This document shows, piece by piece, positions 38,601 to 47,225 of a DNA stretch of 64,000 bases. Within the stretch, counting starts at the first letter, position 1. Each line of letters starts with the position of its first letter. A model generated the notes under the pieces. It saw only the letters and a program-made list of their open reading frames with translations. It was not told where the DNA came from and searched no databases. The DNA lies in the IMG/VR virus record IMGVR_UViG_3300040801_001224, positions 186,001-250,000 of that record; one strand, 5' to 3'. A program made the position numbers and the translations under genes.

Positions 38601-38664
38601 AGGCAGTTCAGCAGGCTTCGGCCAACGTGCTCAAGCACTAATTAGACTAGTAATGTTAGGATAA
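32668..38664 (+). CDS. Large repetitive tail-fibre/spike protein (about 1998 aa)
   Basis: Start reassigned to MALTRV (SD AAGGA); about 9-10 D(F)xDADYATxAQG repeats, five DLxF(K/R) repeats, many LxDLxDV repeats. Confidence 0.85.
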   Translation: MALTRVTTGVIETNTILGQDISDGTVSLDKLDISGAQPGDAIVFTSGGALAYQPVNLDNIGDVSTSGADIGDALVWNGTGWAPGTPVGGGSGGSGIDTLDELLDVSLTPLSAGQYLKWNGSVWTNDVIDYSEIANTPFIPLNFGDLGDVTLTGPVANQVAVFDGTNWVNLAVTKSLISDFNDADYATQAQGALADTALQGGENISIFANDAGYLTAGTAVGAIGLEPVALSGSYNDLTDVPTEFNPTVHAHVKADITDFDDADYATSAQGALADTALQGGENISIFANDAGYLTSATGGASLGLAPVATSGDYADLTNIPSTFAPSAHTHVKAQITDFSDSDYATAAQGALATSAVQPGDLSTVATTGDYNDLANIPATATPSAHTHTKSDITDFDDADYATAIQGLKADTALQSGDVATLALSGLWGDIIGKPTTFTPDAHTHLKADITDFNDADYASAAQGVLANTAVQPGENISIFANDEGFLSTNIAGSLPGQFVYFDGTDWTNKTLAKSDISNFDDSDYATSAQGVLATTALQPGDNVSDLVNDAGYFSDVAVNTGTLSSGDALLFDGTIWRNRPIELADIVDYDGNIYATAAQGALADSSLQPGSDVSVLTNNVGYLTGDSILNDLLDVIAVTPDAGDVLRWDGSEWVNSPDSIDTLTLDDVTDVDVSGAVPGQILTFDGTGWIASGANGGTGETNTASNIGPGEGIFATKTGVDLEFKSILAGSGVSVTDFGNNLTLALDAGLSNLDDVDTSGAVANQILRFNGTEWVASTESPTAGEANTFSSRPGTGEEVIASKIGVDLQFKRLRASGNIVLSSDGNEITIGTASNVGEANTASNVGTGAGLFLQKTGTDLEFKTLLAGPNVTLTQGATEVQIESFNPLESVSNLQEGDGLIYESGAWNNRPLLKADISNFSDADYATAAQGALADSAAQPGDSISIFDNDTGYLTGSSILNDLLDVDVDGNPDPLVAGQILRWNGVQWVNDNESTDLTASNLGDGEDVFFQKNVNDLEFRTIKAGSGINITVNGNNALEIESTASGAGEANTASNRGAGEGVFFQKTGADLEFKSLIAGANITLSSDDDGITIESTGGGSASELDDLTDVTIVGTPAANNVLFHNGSVWRNGTILEAGLATAAQGALAESALQNINSESITELLDVDTTGATTNDVLTFNGTSWVPGAPATGGIDWTVDQNGSAVIHPGNYTNTDAFADLTDVDLGGGAIALAPGQIPVYNGINWVNTGGVSSFDGTATYLTYNTPAVGEVLVTASVSGSNVIMQNQAFTLENLTDTDNTGTAADGEVLTWIAANNKWEPQAVSGNQFPDPLDAYEYIVGGEQGGEDNGWDIRDVRELPRRRKDFQVSRSVEDTDINALLIAEGAGAKTYTLDELNFPGFEGTDFYQITMHNRGVDPVTITSGLNAEVISPNGRAPVLNQGETVTISRISLGGFDRWVLDFSTQTINDLVGTQNLSTAADGQVIAWNQTAGLWEPQTVSAGGGGVTELTALNDTIGTAVANGFLRWNAGGTTVEYVSIVKADITDFNDADYATAAQGALADTALQSGANISLLTNDAGYLTTAIQQNDNISLLTNDAGYITSAPSVIDDLGDVDTTSVVPNNGEVLGWDGSNWVPTAVSSGVTNLTWNPATQSVNSDTGTDAVIPNVLPAGTSGLMSGADKTKLDNIQDGAEINQNAFTSVALTGNVTGDASIDADAKTDTLNIVAGTNVSIVGDGSTDTITINAAPGGGATNLSTTNVTATNVDVASDTGTDATLPAVTTTTAGLMTASDKTALDGLAGAEANQNAFSNFALTGNTAGDTTISADTPTDSVTLVGGSNVTLTGNAAGDQIIIDAAGGGAGGGAQTEDLVVRYTSGSGGTLNAGDVIVSTTSGISATVVDGANSIVEISFTGYNLPPASIVAYGQNYSSNVWSIKGLGSLVASASQTVNDTGSAANPDILNTGVACPPIRLQIRMSDTGSSAGFGQRAQALIRLVMLG

Positions 38665-38670
38665 AATTAA

Positions 38671-40641
38671 ATGGCAATTAACATACCTTCAAGAGTTATC
38701 AATGGTGATATTATATCTTCAGTTGGCGTAGAGTTTTGGCCCTATGATGACGGAACTGGCGACCCATGGTGGGCTGGTGGTGGAACACCACGTGACTATC
38801 GTTGGTCATTAGAGATCAGTATCATCCCACAAACTCACTCAAGTCACTTAACGAGAGATGACTATGAATTTAACGGGTATGACGTAAGACTGGGTGACTG
38901 GATTGCTAGTTCTACAACGGGTACAACAGTACAGATCGTTGAAGTGACGTCAAAAACAGCATCTAGTATTACGGTTATTGTTGAAGACGTTGTTCGTTAT
39001 AACACATTTAGAGCACCAGGTGCTACTGGTAACGGTAGCATTGGTGTTGGTCAGTGTATTATCTTTGAACTAAACGAAGAGGGTGAACCAATGGTTGACC
39101 CGATTCCACCAGCAGGTGTTAGTGCTGTTTTCTTCAGTAACTTAATGTCACGCTTTCAGAACATCAACGAACAATTTGATTTTAACCTAACACAAGTTGG
39201 CCATACTTTTCAGAAGGGTGATATTATAAGTGTAGATTCAGACTCAGGTAACTTTGTTTTATCTGATAATACATTTACAACAGTTATTGGCCAAGTAACT
39301 GACGTTGGTCCTACTCCGGACCAGTTCTTTATCAATCCGGTGCAAAAGATTGTTAATGACTTCGATACTCTCCCGGGAGCAATCACTGATATACTATATA
39401 CTGATAACGCAGGCGGTTTAACCACAAGTCCTTCATCAGGTAAGATGATGTATATTAAATTGCGTGAGAATACGCAGAGTACAGCAGTGGGACAAGTAAT
39501 CGATGGTACAACAACACCAGGCAATGTAATTGAAATTAATGGATCACCAATCACAATCAGTGGCGCAGGTGATATTCCGGCGGCTATTTCAGCGATTAAC
39601 TTAAATACTGGCGTTACAGGGATTACGGCAGATTCAGTAACAGCTCCGACGCAGGTAGACACATCTCTACCATTATTTTACGGTGAGCCAGCATTATATA
39701 CAGTGCCAACCCCAGCAACGGCAACAATCAATGGTGTGACGGTTACATTTGATATTGATACAGTGGGCTTGTCAACATATGCTCTAAATCTAGCATTAGA
39801 AGAAGATATGGCGGCCGCCATTAATCGTGACATGCTTGCGGCGGGCAATACAGATATTGTTGCGACTACAAATACAAATAATTTAATTATATCAAACAAC
39901 TCAGGTGGTGCGATTACAATAAGTAATGGCGCAGTTGATCAATCTGGTGTGGCATTTGCCGGTAATAACTCAGGCTCAGGGGTTGAACTATTGACTCCTG
40001 CTGGCTCCGGTTCATACTTACGTTTAACCGCACCGGACGCAAGACCAATTGACATTTTTGATGTCGCAGGAACACCAAGTGTTGATTACGGCATATACAG
40101 CGCAGAAAACGGCGCAAAGGCCGCGGCAATATATGTTGAACAAGGGCTACGTACTGGCGGTACCACAGTAGTAGCTGATATTCCATCCAGGGACGCACTA
40201 AATCCTTTCATTGGAGACCAAGTAATGGTACTAGACAAAGGCAACGGAGAATGGGAACTATATTTATATGACGGCAGTGTGTACATTCCAGTAGCCAACC
40301 AAGACTCGGCGAGAACAGACGCTAACTCAGTAGACTTGATTGTTGATTTCAATGATCCAGCACTACAGGAGATAGTAACGGTGAGTTCACAGTCGAGAAT
40401 CACACTCATCACAGTAGAAGTAATTACGCCATTTGATGGCTCACCAACATTGACAGTGGGCATAAGCCCAGATCTAGATTTGTTGTTCACAGATGATCTG
40501 CATGATTTAAGCACAGTCGGTTCATATGCTTATCAGACAGATTACTACTTTGACACAGGCGTCGACACAGATATATTAGTTAATTACATTGCCAATGGCG
40601 CAACACAAGGCCAGGCAAGAATTATTGTAAGTTACATGTAA
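38671..40641 (+). CDS. Virion structural protein
   Basis: 656 aa, G/T/D-rich beta composition, within the fibre operon. Confidence 0.75.
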   Translation: MAINIPSRVINGDIISSVGVEFWPYDDGTGDPWWAGGGTPRDYRWSLEISIIPQTHSSHLTRDDYEFNGYDVRLGDWIASSTTGTTVQIVEVTSKTASSITVIVEDVVRYNTFRAPGATGNGSIGVGQCIIFELNEEGEPMVDPIPPAGVSAVFFSNLMSRFQNINEQFDFNLTQVGHTFQKGDIISVDSDSGNFVLSDNTFTTVIGQVTDVGPTPDQFFINPVQKIVNDFDTLPGAITDILYTDNAGGLTTSPSSGKMMYIKLRENTQSTAVGQVIDGTTTPGNVIEINGSPITISGAGDIPAAISAINLNTGVTGITADSVTAPTQVDTSLPLFYGEPALYTVPTPATATINGVTVTFDIDTVGLSTYALNLALEEDMAAAINRDMLAAGNTDIVATTNTNNLIISNNSGGAITISNGAVDQSGVAFAGNNSGSGVELLTPAGSGSYLRLTAPDARPIDIFDVAGTPSVDYGIYSAENGAKAAAIYVEQGLRTGGTTVVADIPSRDALNPFIGDQVMVLDKGNGEWELYLYDGSVYIPVANQDSARTDANSVDLIVDFNDPALQEIVTVSSQSRITLITVEVITPFDGSPTLTVGISPDLDLLFTDDLHDLSTVGSYAYQTDYYFDTGVDTDILVNYIANGATQGQARIIVSYM

Positions 40642-40724
40642 ATGTAATTTAAGCATCTTATAACTTATCTGCAAGATTCCGATAAATAACTGTAACAATG
40701 GGCGGGACTCATTGGAGTCCTACT

Positions 40725-40746
40725 TTATTGTTATCGATAACAATAA
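40725..40746. repeat. Perfect 22-bp palindrome in the leader of the 916-aa structural gene
   Basis: TTATTGTTATCGATAACAATAA, between the late box at 40683 and the SD. Confidence 0.8.
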
Positions 40747-40773
40747 TTTTACATAAATAGGAGATTAAAATTT

Positions 40774-43524
40774 ATGGCAACTTCAAAACAATTCGGTCTA
40801 CGTGGTATAGGTTCGGACGTACAGCTAGGTAAAGCTGGCGGTCGTTTCGTATTCGACGGTACAGACTTCAACATGACAGGCACTGACGGCTCTACGCTAG
40901 TCAACGTTTCTGGTGCTGAGCCTACATTAGGCACTCACTTAACTACAAAGAACTACGTTGATTCAGTAAGCTCAGGCCTAGATCCGAAAGAATCGGTACG
41001 TGTTGCTACAACAGCTAACATCGACTTAGGCACAGGCGGTCTATTAACAATTGACGGTGTTACTCTACAGGCAGGCGATCGTGTTCTTGTTAAAGATCAG
41101 ACAACAGCTACAGAAAATGGTATCTACGTTGCGGCGGCAGGTGCATGGTCTCGTTCAGAGGACATGGACGGTACTCCAGCTTCTGAAGTATCAGGTGGTA
41201 ACTTCACATTCGTTGAGCAAGGTACAGCTAACATCAACAGTGGTTGGGTTGTACAGGGTGACGGCATCCTAACGTTAGGTACTAACGCCATCACTTGGGT
41301 ACAGTTCTCAGGTGCTGGTTCAATTACAGCAGGTGTAGCATTAACAAAAGTTGGTGAAACATTAAACGTTGACTTATTCGACGGTGACGTTCCAAACCAA
41401 ATCCCAACAATGACTGCTACGGTTGATTCTGCAGATTTACTGATGATTGGTGATACTTCGGAATCTACTACATTAGTTAAGTCAGTAGGTGACGTACTAA
41501 ACGACTTAGACGTTCCTCAATTCCCAGCTTTTGCTCAATCTGCATTAATTACACGTACTGCTGATGACGTTTACGTTGAGACAGTATTTGGTGCTTCTAC
41601 AACAGCTGGTCAGGAAGGCTTAGTGTTCAACGCTTCTAACACTGCTCCATCATTTGGTCTAAACATTGATGGTCTAACAGGTGCCGGTACACTAACAGGT
41701 GCAGAAGAAATTGCGGTATTTGACGGTAATAACAACGTTAAAGCTTCAATCAACGACATCATTGCTGATCGTGACCTAGTTACAGCGGCTGACGCTCTAA
41801 CAGGTATGGTACAGATCACTGGTGGCGTACTTACTTCAACTTCAGTCACTGCTTCATCAGCGGCTAACCGTTTAGGTATTGACGTACAGAACGGTGGTAC
41901 TGCTCCAGTAGTTGGTTTAAACATCAACGGCTTAACTGGTACTACACTAGAATTAACTGACGAACTAGCAGTTTACAGTACTTCTAATGCTACTAACGAA
42001 AAAGCTACAATCCAGAACATCGTTGACTTAGTTGCGGCTAACTCTTCAGATAACGAAATTTCAGAAGGCGATAGCTCTGTAACAGTTACAGACGCAGGTA
42101 CTGGTACAATTACAACTACTGTTGACAATACAGTTGTAATGACAGCTACAGCAGGTGGCGTAGACGTTACTTCACTAACAGTTGACAGCTTAACAGCAGG
42201 TCAGGTTGTTTACGCAGGTACAGACGGTCTACTAACTACAGAAGCTGGTTTCGAGTACAATGACACTACTGATACTTTATCAGCGGCTAACATCTCAGCA
42301 ACTACTTCTGGTACGTTCGCAAGCGCGGCAGTAAGCGACTTAACATCAGGTCGTGTTGTACTAGCAGGTACAGCTGGTGAGTTAGAAGATTCAGCAGACT
42401 TAACGTTCAACGGCACTAACTTAGTTGTTGGCGGCACAGCTGGTCTACAGGTTGCAGGCAACATTGCTACAACTTCTGGTTCAATCACAGCGGCTGGCGG
42501 TTTAATCGACAGCACATTATCAGTTAACAACGGTGTTGTAACTACAAACGCTTCAGGTGCTTTACAGCAGTCAGCTAACTTCACATTCGATGGTTCTACA
42601 ATGACTATCGCTGGTGACGTTGACATTACTGGTTCACTAGACGTTGATAACATTGCTATTGACGGCAACACAATTAGCTCAACTGATACAGATGGCGACA
42701 TCATCATTGCTCCTAACGGCAACGGCGAAGTAATCATTGGTAACGCTGGTAGCCCAGCTCAGTTAATCGCTGAAGACGATCAGTCACTAACAGTTGCTGG
42801 TGGTGCTGGTACATCTACAGCAGGCGGTGATCTAAACCTATTCGGTGGTGACGGCGCAGGCGCAATTGACGGTGGCGACGTAACTATCCAGGCTGGTTCT
42901 TCAGCTTCAGGTACTGCGGGTACTACACTATTCCTAGACGCTAACGACAACGTTGTAGCACAGATCCTTAACTCTGCGGCTTCAACTGACGGCACTCTAG
43001 ACTTATCAGCTGGCGCAAGCATTGCGGCTTCTGGTACAGCGGCTAACATTGACATTACTCTTGATCCTAAGGGTACTGGCACTGTTATCGTTGGTGACGA
43101 GGCTACTTACTCAGCTAACATGGTTGACGCAAGTCTTACAACTAAGGCATACCTTGACTCACAGATTAGTGCTAACGTAGTTCCTGGTTCACTAGCAAGT
43201 GTATCTGGCACAATCGACCTAAGCTCAGCAGGCGCACAGAACATTGGCGCGGCAGACGGCATCCCAGCTAACGCAACGATCCTAGAAGTTACAATGGACG
43301 TTACAGCGGCTTCGAATGCGGCTACAACAGTTACTTTTGGTGACAGTTCAAACGGTGCGGCAAGCTACATGGCTGACACTGAGAACGATCCAGAAACTAC
43401 TGGCCTATACATTGGTGACGCTCGCGTTACTAACGGCGGTACTGCTCAGCAAGCTCAAGCAACAGTTGCTACACCAGGCGCATCTGGTAGCGCATTTGTT
43501 GTTATTACTTTTAGAAATGCCTAA
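40774..43524 (+). CDS. Virion fibre/whisker-like structural protein
   Basis: HLTTKNYVD..GLDPKESVRVAT..GDRVLVKDQT..ENGIY..WSRSED module typical of jumbo-phage fibres; late promoter; followed by terminator. Confidence 0.8.
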   Translation: MATSKQFGLRGIGSDVQLGKAGGRFVFDGTDFNMTGTDGSTLVNVSGAEPTLGTHLTTKNYVDSVSSGLDPKESVRVATTANIDLGTGGLLTIDGVTLQAGDRVLVKDQTTATENGIYVAAAGAWSRSEDMDGTPASEVSGGNFTFVEQGTANINSGWVVQGDGILTLGTNAITWVQFSGAGSITAGVALTKVGETLNVDLFDGDVPNQIPTMTATVDSADLLMIGDTSESTTLVKSVGDVLNDLDVPQFPAFAQSALITRTADDVYVETVFGASTTAGQEGLVFNASNTAPSFGLNIDGLTGAGTLTGAEEIAVFDGNNNVKASINDIIADRDLVTAADALTGMVQITGGVLTSTSVTASSAANRLGIDVQNGGTAPVVGLNINGLTGTTLELTDELAVYSTSNATNEKATIQNIVDLVAANSSDNEISEGDSSVTVTDAGTGTITTTVDNTVVMTATAGGVDVTSLTVDSLTAGQVVYAGTDGLLTTEAGFEYNDTTDTLSAANISATTSGTFASAAVSDLTSGRVVLAGTAGELEDSADLTFNGTNLVVGGTAGLQVAGNIATTSGSITAAGGLIDSTLSVNNGVVTTNASGALQQSANFTFDGSTMTIAGDVDITGSLDVDNIAIDGNTISSTDTDGDIIIAPNGNGEVIIGNAGSPAQLIAEDDQSLTVAGGAGTSTAGGDLNLFGGDGAGAIDGGDVTIQAGSSASGTAGTTLFLDANDNVVAQILNSAASTDGTLDLSAGASIAASGTAANIDITLDPKGTGTVIVGDEATYSANMVDASLTTKAYLDSQISANVVPGSLASVSGTIDLSSAGAQNIGAADGIPANATILEVTMDVTAASNAATTVTFGDSSNGAASYMADTENDPETTGLYIGDARVTNGGTAQQAQATVATPGASGSAFVVITFRNA

Positions 43525-43548
43525 TTGTAAGTAAGGATTTAGATATTT

Positions 43549-44370
43549 TTACAGTATCATAAATTCAAAGTTAAAGCCTGCTTTTTTGCAGGCTTTTTCT
43601 TTTGCTAAGTTTTTTTCTAAATCTGCTTGGAAAGTATATTTTGATTTTACTTCGATGATGAGATTTTCCTTTGGAATGTAGAAGTCCGGGTAATAGCGTT
43701 TTGTTTGGCCATTTATTTCATACCATATGTCGGGCGTTTCATTATCCTTATATACGATGTCTTTTTCAGAAAATTTTTCTAATAGAATATCCAATGCTTG
43801 GCATTCATATCCCTGCACGTCAATCTTATTCCCAGACGGAAGAATATATTCTTTGAACTTGTACATCTTGTGCTTTATCTTTTCGTATAGTTCTTTATTC
43901 TGCATGTGATTCTCTACACCATATTTTTTCAAACACGTCTTCTTTTTCTTTTCTTTAATTTTTTCTGAGATATTGGGGTTATCAACACCATATTTAGTTT
44001 TCCATGTTTCTTTTCTTTTCGCATTGAGTTCAGGAACCTGGCCGGTGTGTTTGTATCCATATTTTTCTAAATTACTTGCTATTGTCGCTTCTTTTATTTC
44101 GTCTGATTGTTGAGGATATTCAACACCATATTTTTGTAGATTAGTGTCTTTTATTTTATTCTGAACACCCTTATTGCCTAATGGAGAAATTGAACCATAT
44201 TTCTTTAGACATGTTTTTTCACGCTGTTCTTTTCCGTTAATGTAAGATAGCTTGCCGGCACAGGATCTTGAACATGCCTTTTTGTATTTATTGTTCCATT
44301 TGTCCCATTCTACAAGATTAGAACAATCGGGATTCGCACATTCGGGTGGGTTGTTGCGGTAAATATTCAT
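43549..44370 (-). CDS. Free-standing homing-endonuclease-like gene (KYGxxN repeats plus PD-(D/E)xK domain)
   Basis: N-terminal CxxxxC, repeated KKYGV(E/D)(N/Y), C-terminal YYPDFYIPKENLIIEVKS; AT-rich, antisense; late box at 44432-44439. Confidence 0.8.
   Translation of the reverse strand: MNIYRNNPPECANPDCSNLVEWDKWNNKYKKACSRSCAGKLSYINGKEQREKTCLKKYGSISPLGNKGVQNKIKDTNLQKYGVEYPQQSDEIKEATIASNLEKYGYKHTGQVPELNAKRKETWKTKYGVDNPNISEKIKEKKKKTCLKKYGVENHMQNKELYEKIKHKMYKFKEYILPSGNKIDVQGYECQALDILLEKFSEKDIVYKDNETPDIWYEINGQTKRYYPDFYIPKENLIIEVKSKYTFQADLEKNLAKEKACKKAGFNFEFMIL
43573..43599. terminator. Bidirectional terminator
   Basis: AAAGCCTGC-ttttt-TGCAGGCTTTTT. Confidence 0.8.
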
Positions 44371-44557
44371 AGCTGATACTCCTTTCCAGTATTAGAGTAG
44401 TCAGATGTTGGCGCATCGTGGACTACACTTCTATTTATCATTATTGAACCCATTGTCTGAGCAAAGTTGATTTTAGGCCCTTTTCTTTTTGTCTGACATT
44501 TCTGATATATTAGAAAATTATGGTAAATAAGAGTAACAAGCCCAAGAGGAACAAATC

Positions 44558-45721
44558 ATGACTTTAAAATTATCAGGAAGCTTTAAGATACCAAGCGGAA
44601 GCTTCAAGGCCGGAGATCTATCATTAATAGATGCCGGAGCTCACCGTTATTGGCGAGTAAATGGGGTGCCTGACGCAGGCAGTAATGATTTAGATATCAT
44701 TGAGATTGAAATGTTTGAAGAAACTAGTGGTGGTTCTGACGTAACAAGCACTTCTTTTGCTATTGCTGATAGTGAGTTAGATAGTAGGTTCTTAAAAGAA
44801 AATGCGTTTAACGATGTAATTAACAAAAGCAACGTTGGCGCCAGTGGCAACCGTTGGAGCTCAGTTAGAAATGACGGCCAAGGATGGGTTGGTCAAGATT
44901 TTGGTGCTGGTAACGAGAAAAATATTAAACGTGTGAACTTAATTAATGGTTGGAGACCACCAGGTTATCCAGCAGATAAACCAGCTGGATCAGGATGGCA
45001 AGTACAGTACTCGGATGACGGAACAACGTGGACTGATATTGGCCCACTAACACCAGCAAGTGCTTTTGAGGATGTCGAAGTGTTACTAGTTGCACCACCG
45101 GCTCCAACATTAACCCCAACTACTTGGGATCCAGTGGGAAGTGCTTCTAACTGGACATTATCAAACGGTAACTTAACTGCGGCACATACAAACGTTGGCG
45201 GTTCATTTGGTTATGTTGAAACAGTGGATTCCTTTTCATCTGGCAAATTTTACTTTGAAATTACAGATGATAACTCAGTTGATTCAGCACCATCTATTGG
45301 TATTACTGATTACACTGGTCCAAATACGCCAACTACTAACCTATTTGGTGCTCAGCCAGGCAACAACACTACAGCAGTATATGGCCCAGACGGTGTATGT
45401 TATTTTGAAAGCGGTAGCGCGGCATGTTTCCCATCAGGTTGGACTAGTGGTGACGTGATTGGCGTTGCGCTTGATTTAGACAACAACGCTATCTGGTTTT
45501 CTAAAAATGGTGTCTGGGGTGGCGGTGCCAGTCAAGCAGAAATTGAAGCTGGCAACACTACAAACGCTATTAGAACTGGTTTAACAGGAACTTACCAAGT
45601 TGTTATCACTGACAGTACAGGTGATAGTGCTGTGCACCAACACACTGCTAATTTTGGACAGAATGCTTTCTCATACACAGTTCCAGCAGGATTTACAGCA
45701 GGCCTTGGCACTGTTAGCTAA
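44558..45721 (+). CDS. Late discoidin(F5/8)-like plus SPRY-domain protein
   Basis: HRYWRV..IIEIEM..W.GQDFG..WQVQYSDDGTTWT then SGKFYFE..GDVIGVALDLDN..ANFGQNAF. Confidence 0.8.
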   Translation: MTLKLSGSFKIPSGSFKAGDLSLIDAGAHRYWRVNGVPDAGSNDLDIIEIEMFEETSGGSDVTSTSFAIADSELDSRFLKENAFNDVINKSNVGASGNRWSSVRNDGQGWVGQDFGAGNEKNIKRVNLINGWRPPGYPADKPAGSGWQVQYSDDGTTWTDIGPLTPASAFEDVEVLLVAPPAPTLTPTTWDPVGSASNWTLSNGNLTAAHTNVGGSFGYVETVDSFSSGKFYFEITDDNSVDSAPSIGITDYTGPNTPTTNLFGAQPGNNTTAVYGPDGVCYFESGSAACFPSGWTSGDVIGVALDLDNNAIWFSKNGVWGGGASQAEIEAGNTTNAIRTGLTGTYQVVITDSTGDSAVHQHTANFGQNAFSYTVPAGFTAGLGTVS

Positions 45722-45740
45722 AACTTTTTCAAACTAACGC

Positions 45741-45768
45741 AAAGGGTTCTTAGGAGCCCTTTTCTTTT
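45741..45768 (+). terminator. Intrinsic terminator
   Basis: AAAGGGTTCT-tagg-AGCCCTTTTCTTTT. Confidence 0.7.
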
Positions 45769-45801
45769 GATTTCACATTCACAAACAAGATAAATATTAT
45801 T

Positions 45802-46299
45802 ATGCGTGTAGAAGAAGTTAAAGATGATGATACATACAAGATTAAGTATACTAAATTGGACTATGGCGATTTCTGTGACATGTTTGGAGAAAATGTTGCT
45901 ATACACGTATACGCAGAATATATAATATCAGAGTGCAATCTTTTGGAGAGTAATAGCGAAGAATCTATTGCTGAATTTGATTCACTCGAAGGCGAGAAGC
46001 CAGTTGTCGGAAATATCTATTATGGTTTACACATTGGATTAACCAATGGAAAAATACAACCCCTAGGTAATTTTAAAGGAAAAGTGGATAGTGTAATCTC
46101 CAATCCATTTGGTGATACATATATTATAGAACTTAAGGACGGCACCAAGGCCCCCTATCCACAATATGATACACAAGAAATCTTAAAATCAAAAGTTTTG
46201 CTATCATCGTCCAAGGAAGATCATGAATCAGAGATGATGTCTATGAAATTAAAATTCGGTATAGATTTTGACGCAATAAGAGAGCAAATGGTAGTCTAA
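45802..46299 (+). CDS. Late hypothetical protein (leaderless; MRVEEV)
   Basis: ATG 5 nt after TAAATA(45791-45796). Confidence 0.7.
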   Translation: MRVEEVKDDDTYKIKYTKLDYGDFCDMFGENVAIHVYAEYIISECNLLESNSEESIAEFDSLEGEKPVVGNIYYGLHIGLTNGKIQPLGNFKGKVDSVISNPFGDTYIIELKDGTKAPYPQYDTQEILKSKVLLSSSKEDHESEMMSMKLKFGIDFDAIREQMVV

Positions 46300-46383
46300 A
46301 AAAATTTGACTTCAATTTCACTAGACTACGCTATCTGTCATTCCAATGATAAATACTAATATAATAAAAATAGGGCAAACACC

Positions 46384-46773
46384 ATGAGTACATTTAAAGC
46401 AGGCGCTAGACCTCACGTAATCGAGGAACATGAGAAGCCAGTAGAAGAAACAAACGTATTAGGAAAACATTGGAGAACAGCGTGTGCTATAATCTACCTA
46501 GTTATCTGTGTGTTCGATTTCTTAATAATGCCAGCAATGTTAACTCAGTATAGTAAAGAGCAAGATTACTCTCAATTATTTATTGAGATTTCAAAGCTAG
46601 AAAGTCCACAGGCACAAACGGCATTAATCAACAAGATTGATTATAGCGTACAAACATGGGATCCTATTACACTACAGGGCGCAGGAATGTTCCATGTAGC
46701 ATTTGGTGCTATTTTAACAGGTGTTGTGTTATCACGTACAGGAAGGGAAAGAATCACTAGAAGGGTTGATTAA
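46384..46773 (+). CDS. Holin-like membrane protein (3TM/GTA-holin-like)
   Basis: HWRTACAIIYLVICVFDFLIMP...W.PITLQGAGMFHVAFGAIL; late box at 46350. Confidence 0.65.
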   Translation: MSTFKAGARPHVIEEHEKPVEETNVLGKHWRTACAIIYLVICVFDFLIMPAMLTQYSKEQDYSQLFIEISKLESPQAQTALINKIDYSVQTWDPITLQGAGMFHVAFGAILTGVVLSRTGRERITRRVD

Positions 46774-47225
46774 TGAGACTGTATGAGATTGATAGTGAGC
46801 CGGGAACATATGTTTCTGTAAGGTTTACTAAAGACACAAATAAAAAATTACGTGAGTTTGCTCTAAGTTTGGGTTTAAAGCCTATTGACAAATTTCACAT
46901 TACTGTAGTTTATTCACCAAAACCATTAGGTGTAGAATTTGGCGAGAGCAGATTTAACGGATCTGCTAAAATAACTGGCATAGATTATTTAGGTGATATT
47001 GACTCTGAGTACAGGGCAGTTGTATTGCACGTTGATTCAAAAGAAGTACAAAATTTATATGATACGTATGAAGTAATACATGGGTACAAACACACATATG
47101 ATGAGTTTATCCAGCACGTGAGTTTAGCTTATCGGCCACCAGAGGATTTGGATTTAAGTCAAGTAGATTTACCAGACTTTGAAATAGAATTTAGTTACGT
47201 AAAAATTGAGGCATTAAAAGAATGA
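46773..47225 (+). CDS. 2H phosphoesterase, T4 gp57B/Acb1 (anti-CBASS)-like
   Basis: GTYVSVRF, FHITVVYS, HTYDEFIQHVSLAY and terminal EALK parallel the T4 57B pattern. Confidence 0.85.
   Translation: MRLYEIDSEPGTYVSVRFTKDTNKKLREFALSLGLKPIDKFHITVVYSPKPLGVEFGESRFNGSAKITGIDYLGDIDSEYRAVVLHVDSKEVQNLYDTYEVIHGYKHTYDEFIQHVSLAYRPPEDLDLSQVDLPDFEIEFSYVKIEALKE

Noticed and set aside
32577-43082. Many long minus-strand ORFs (up to 253 aa) across the fibre genes
   Set aside because: Antisense shadows of G/T/A-rich repetitive coding sequence; no RBS, promoter or recognisable motifs.
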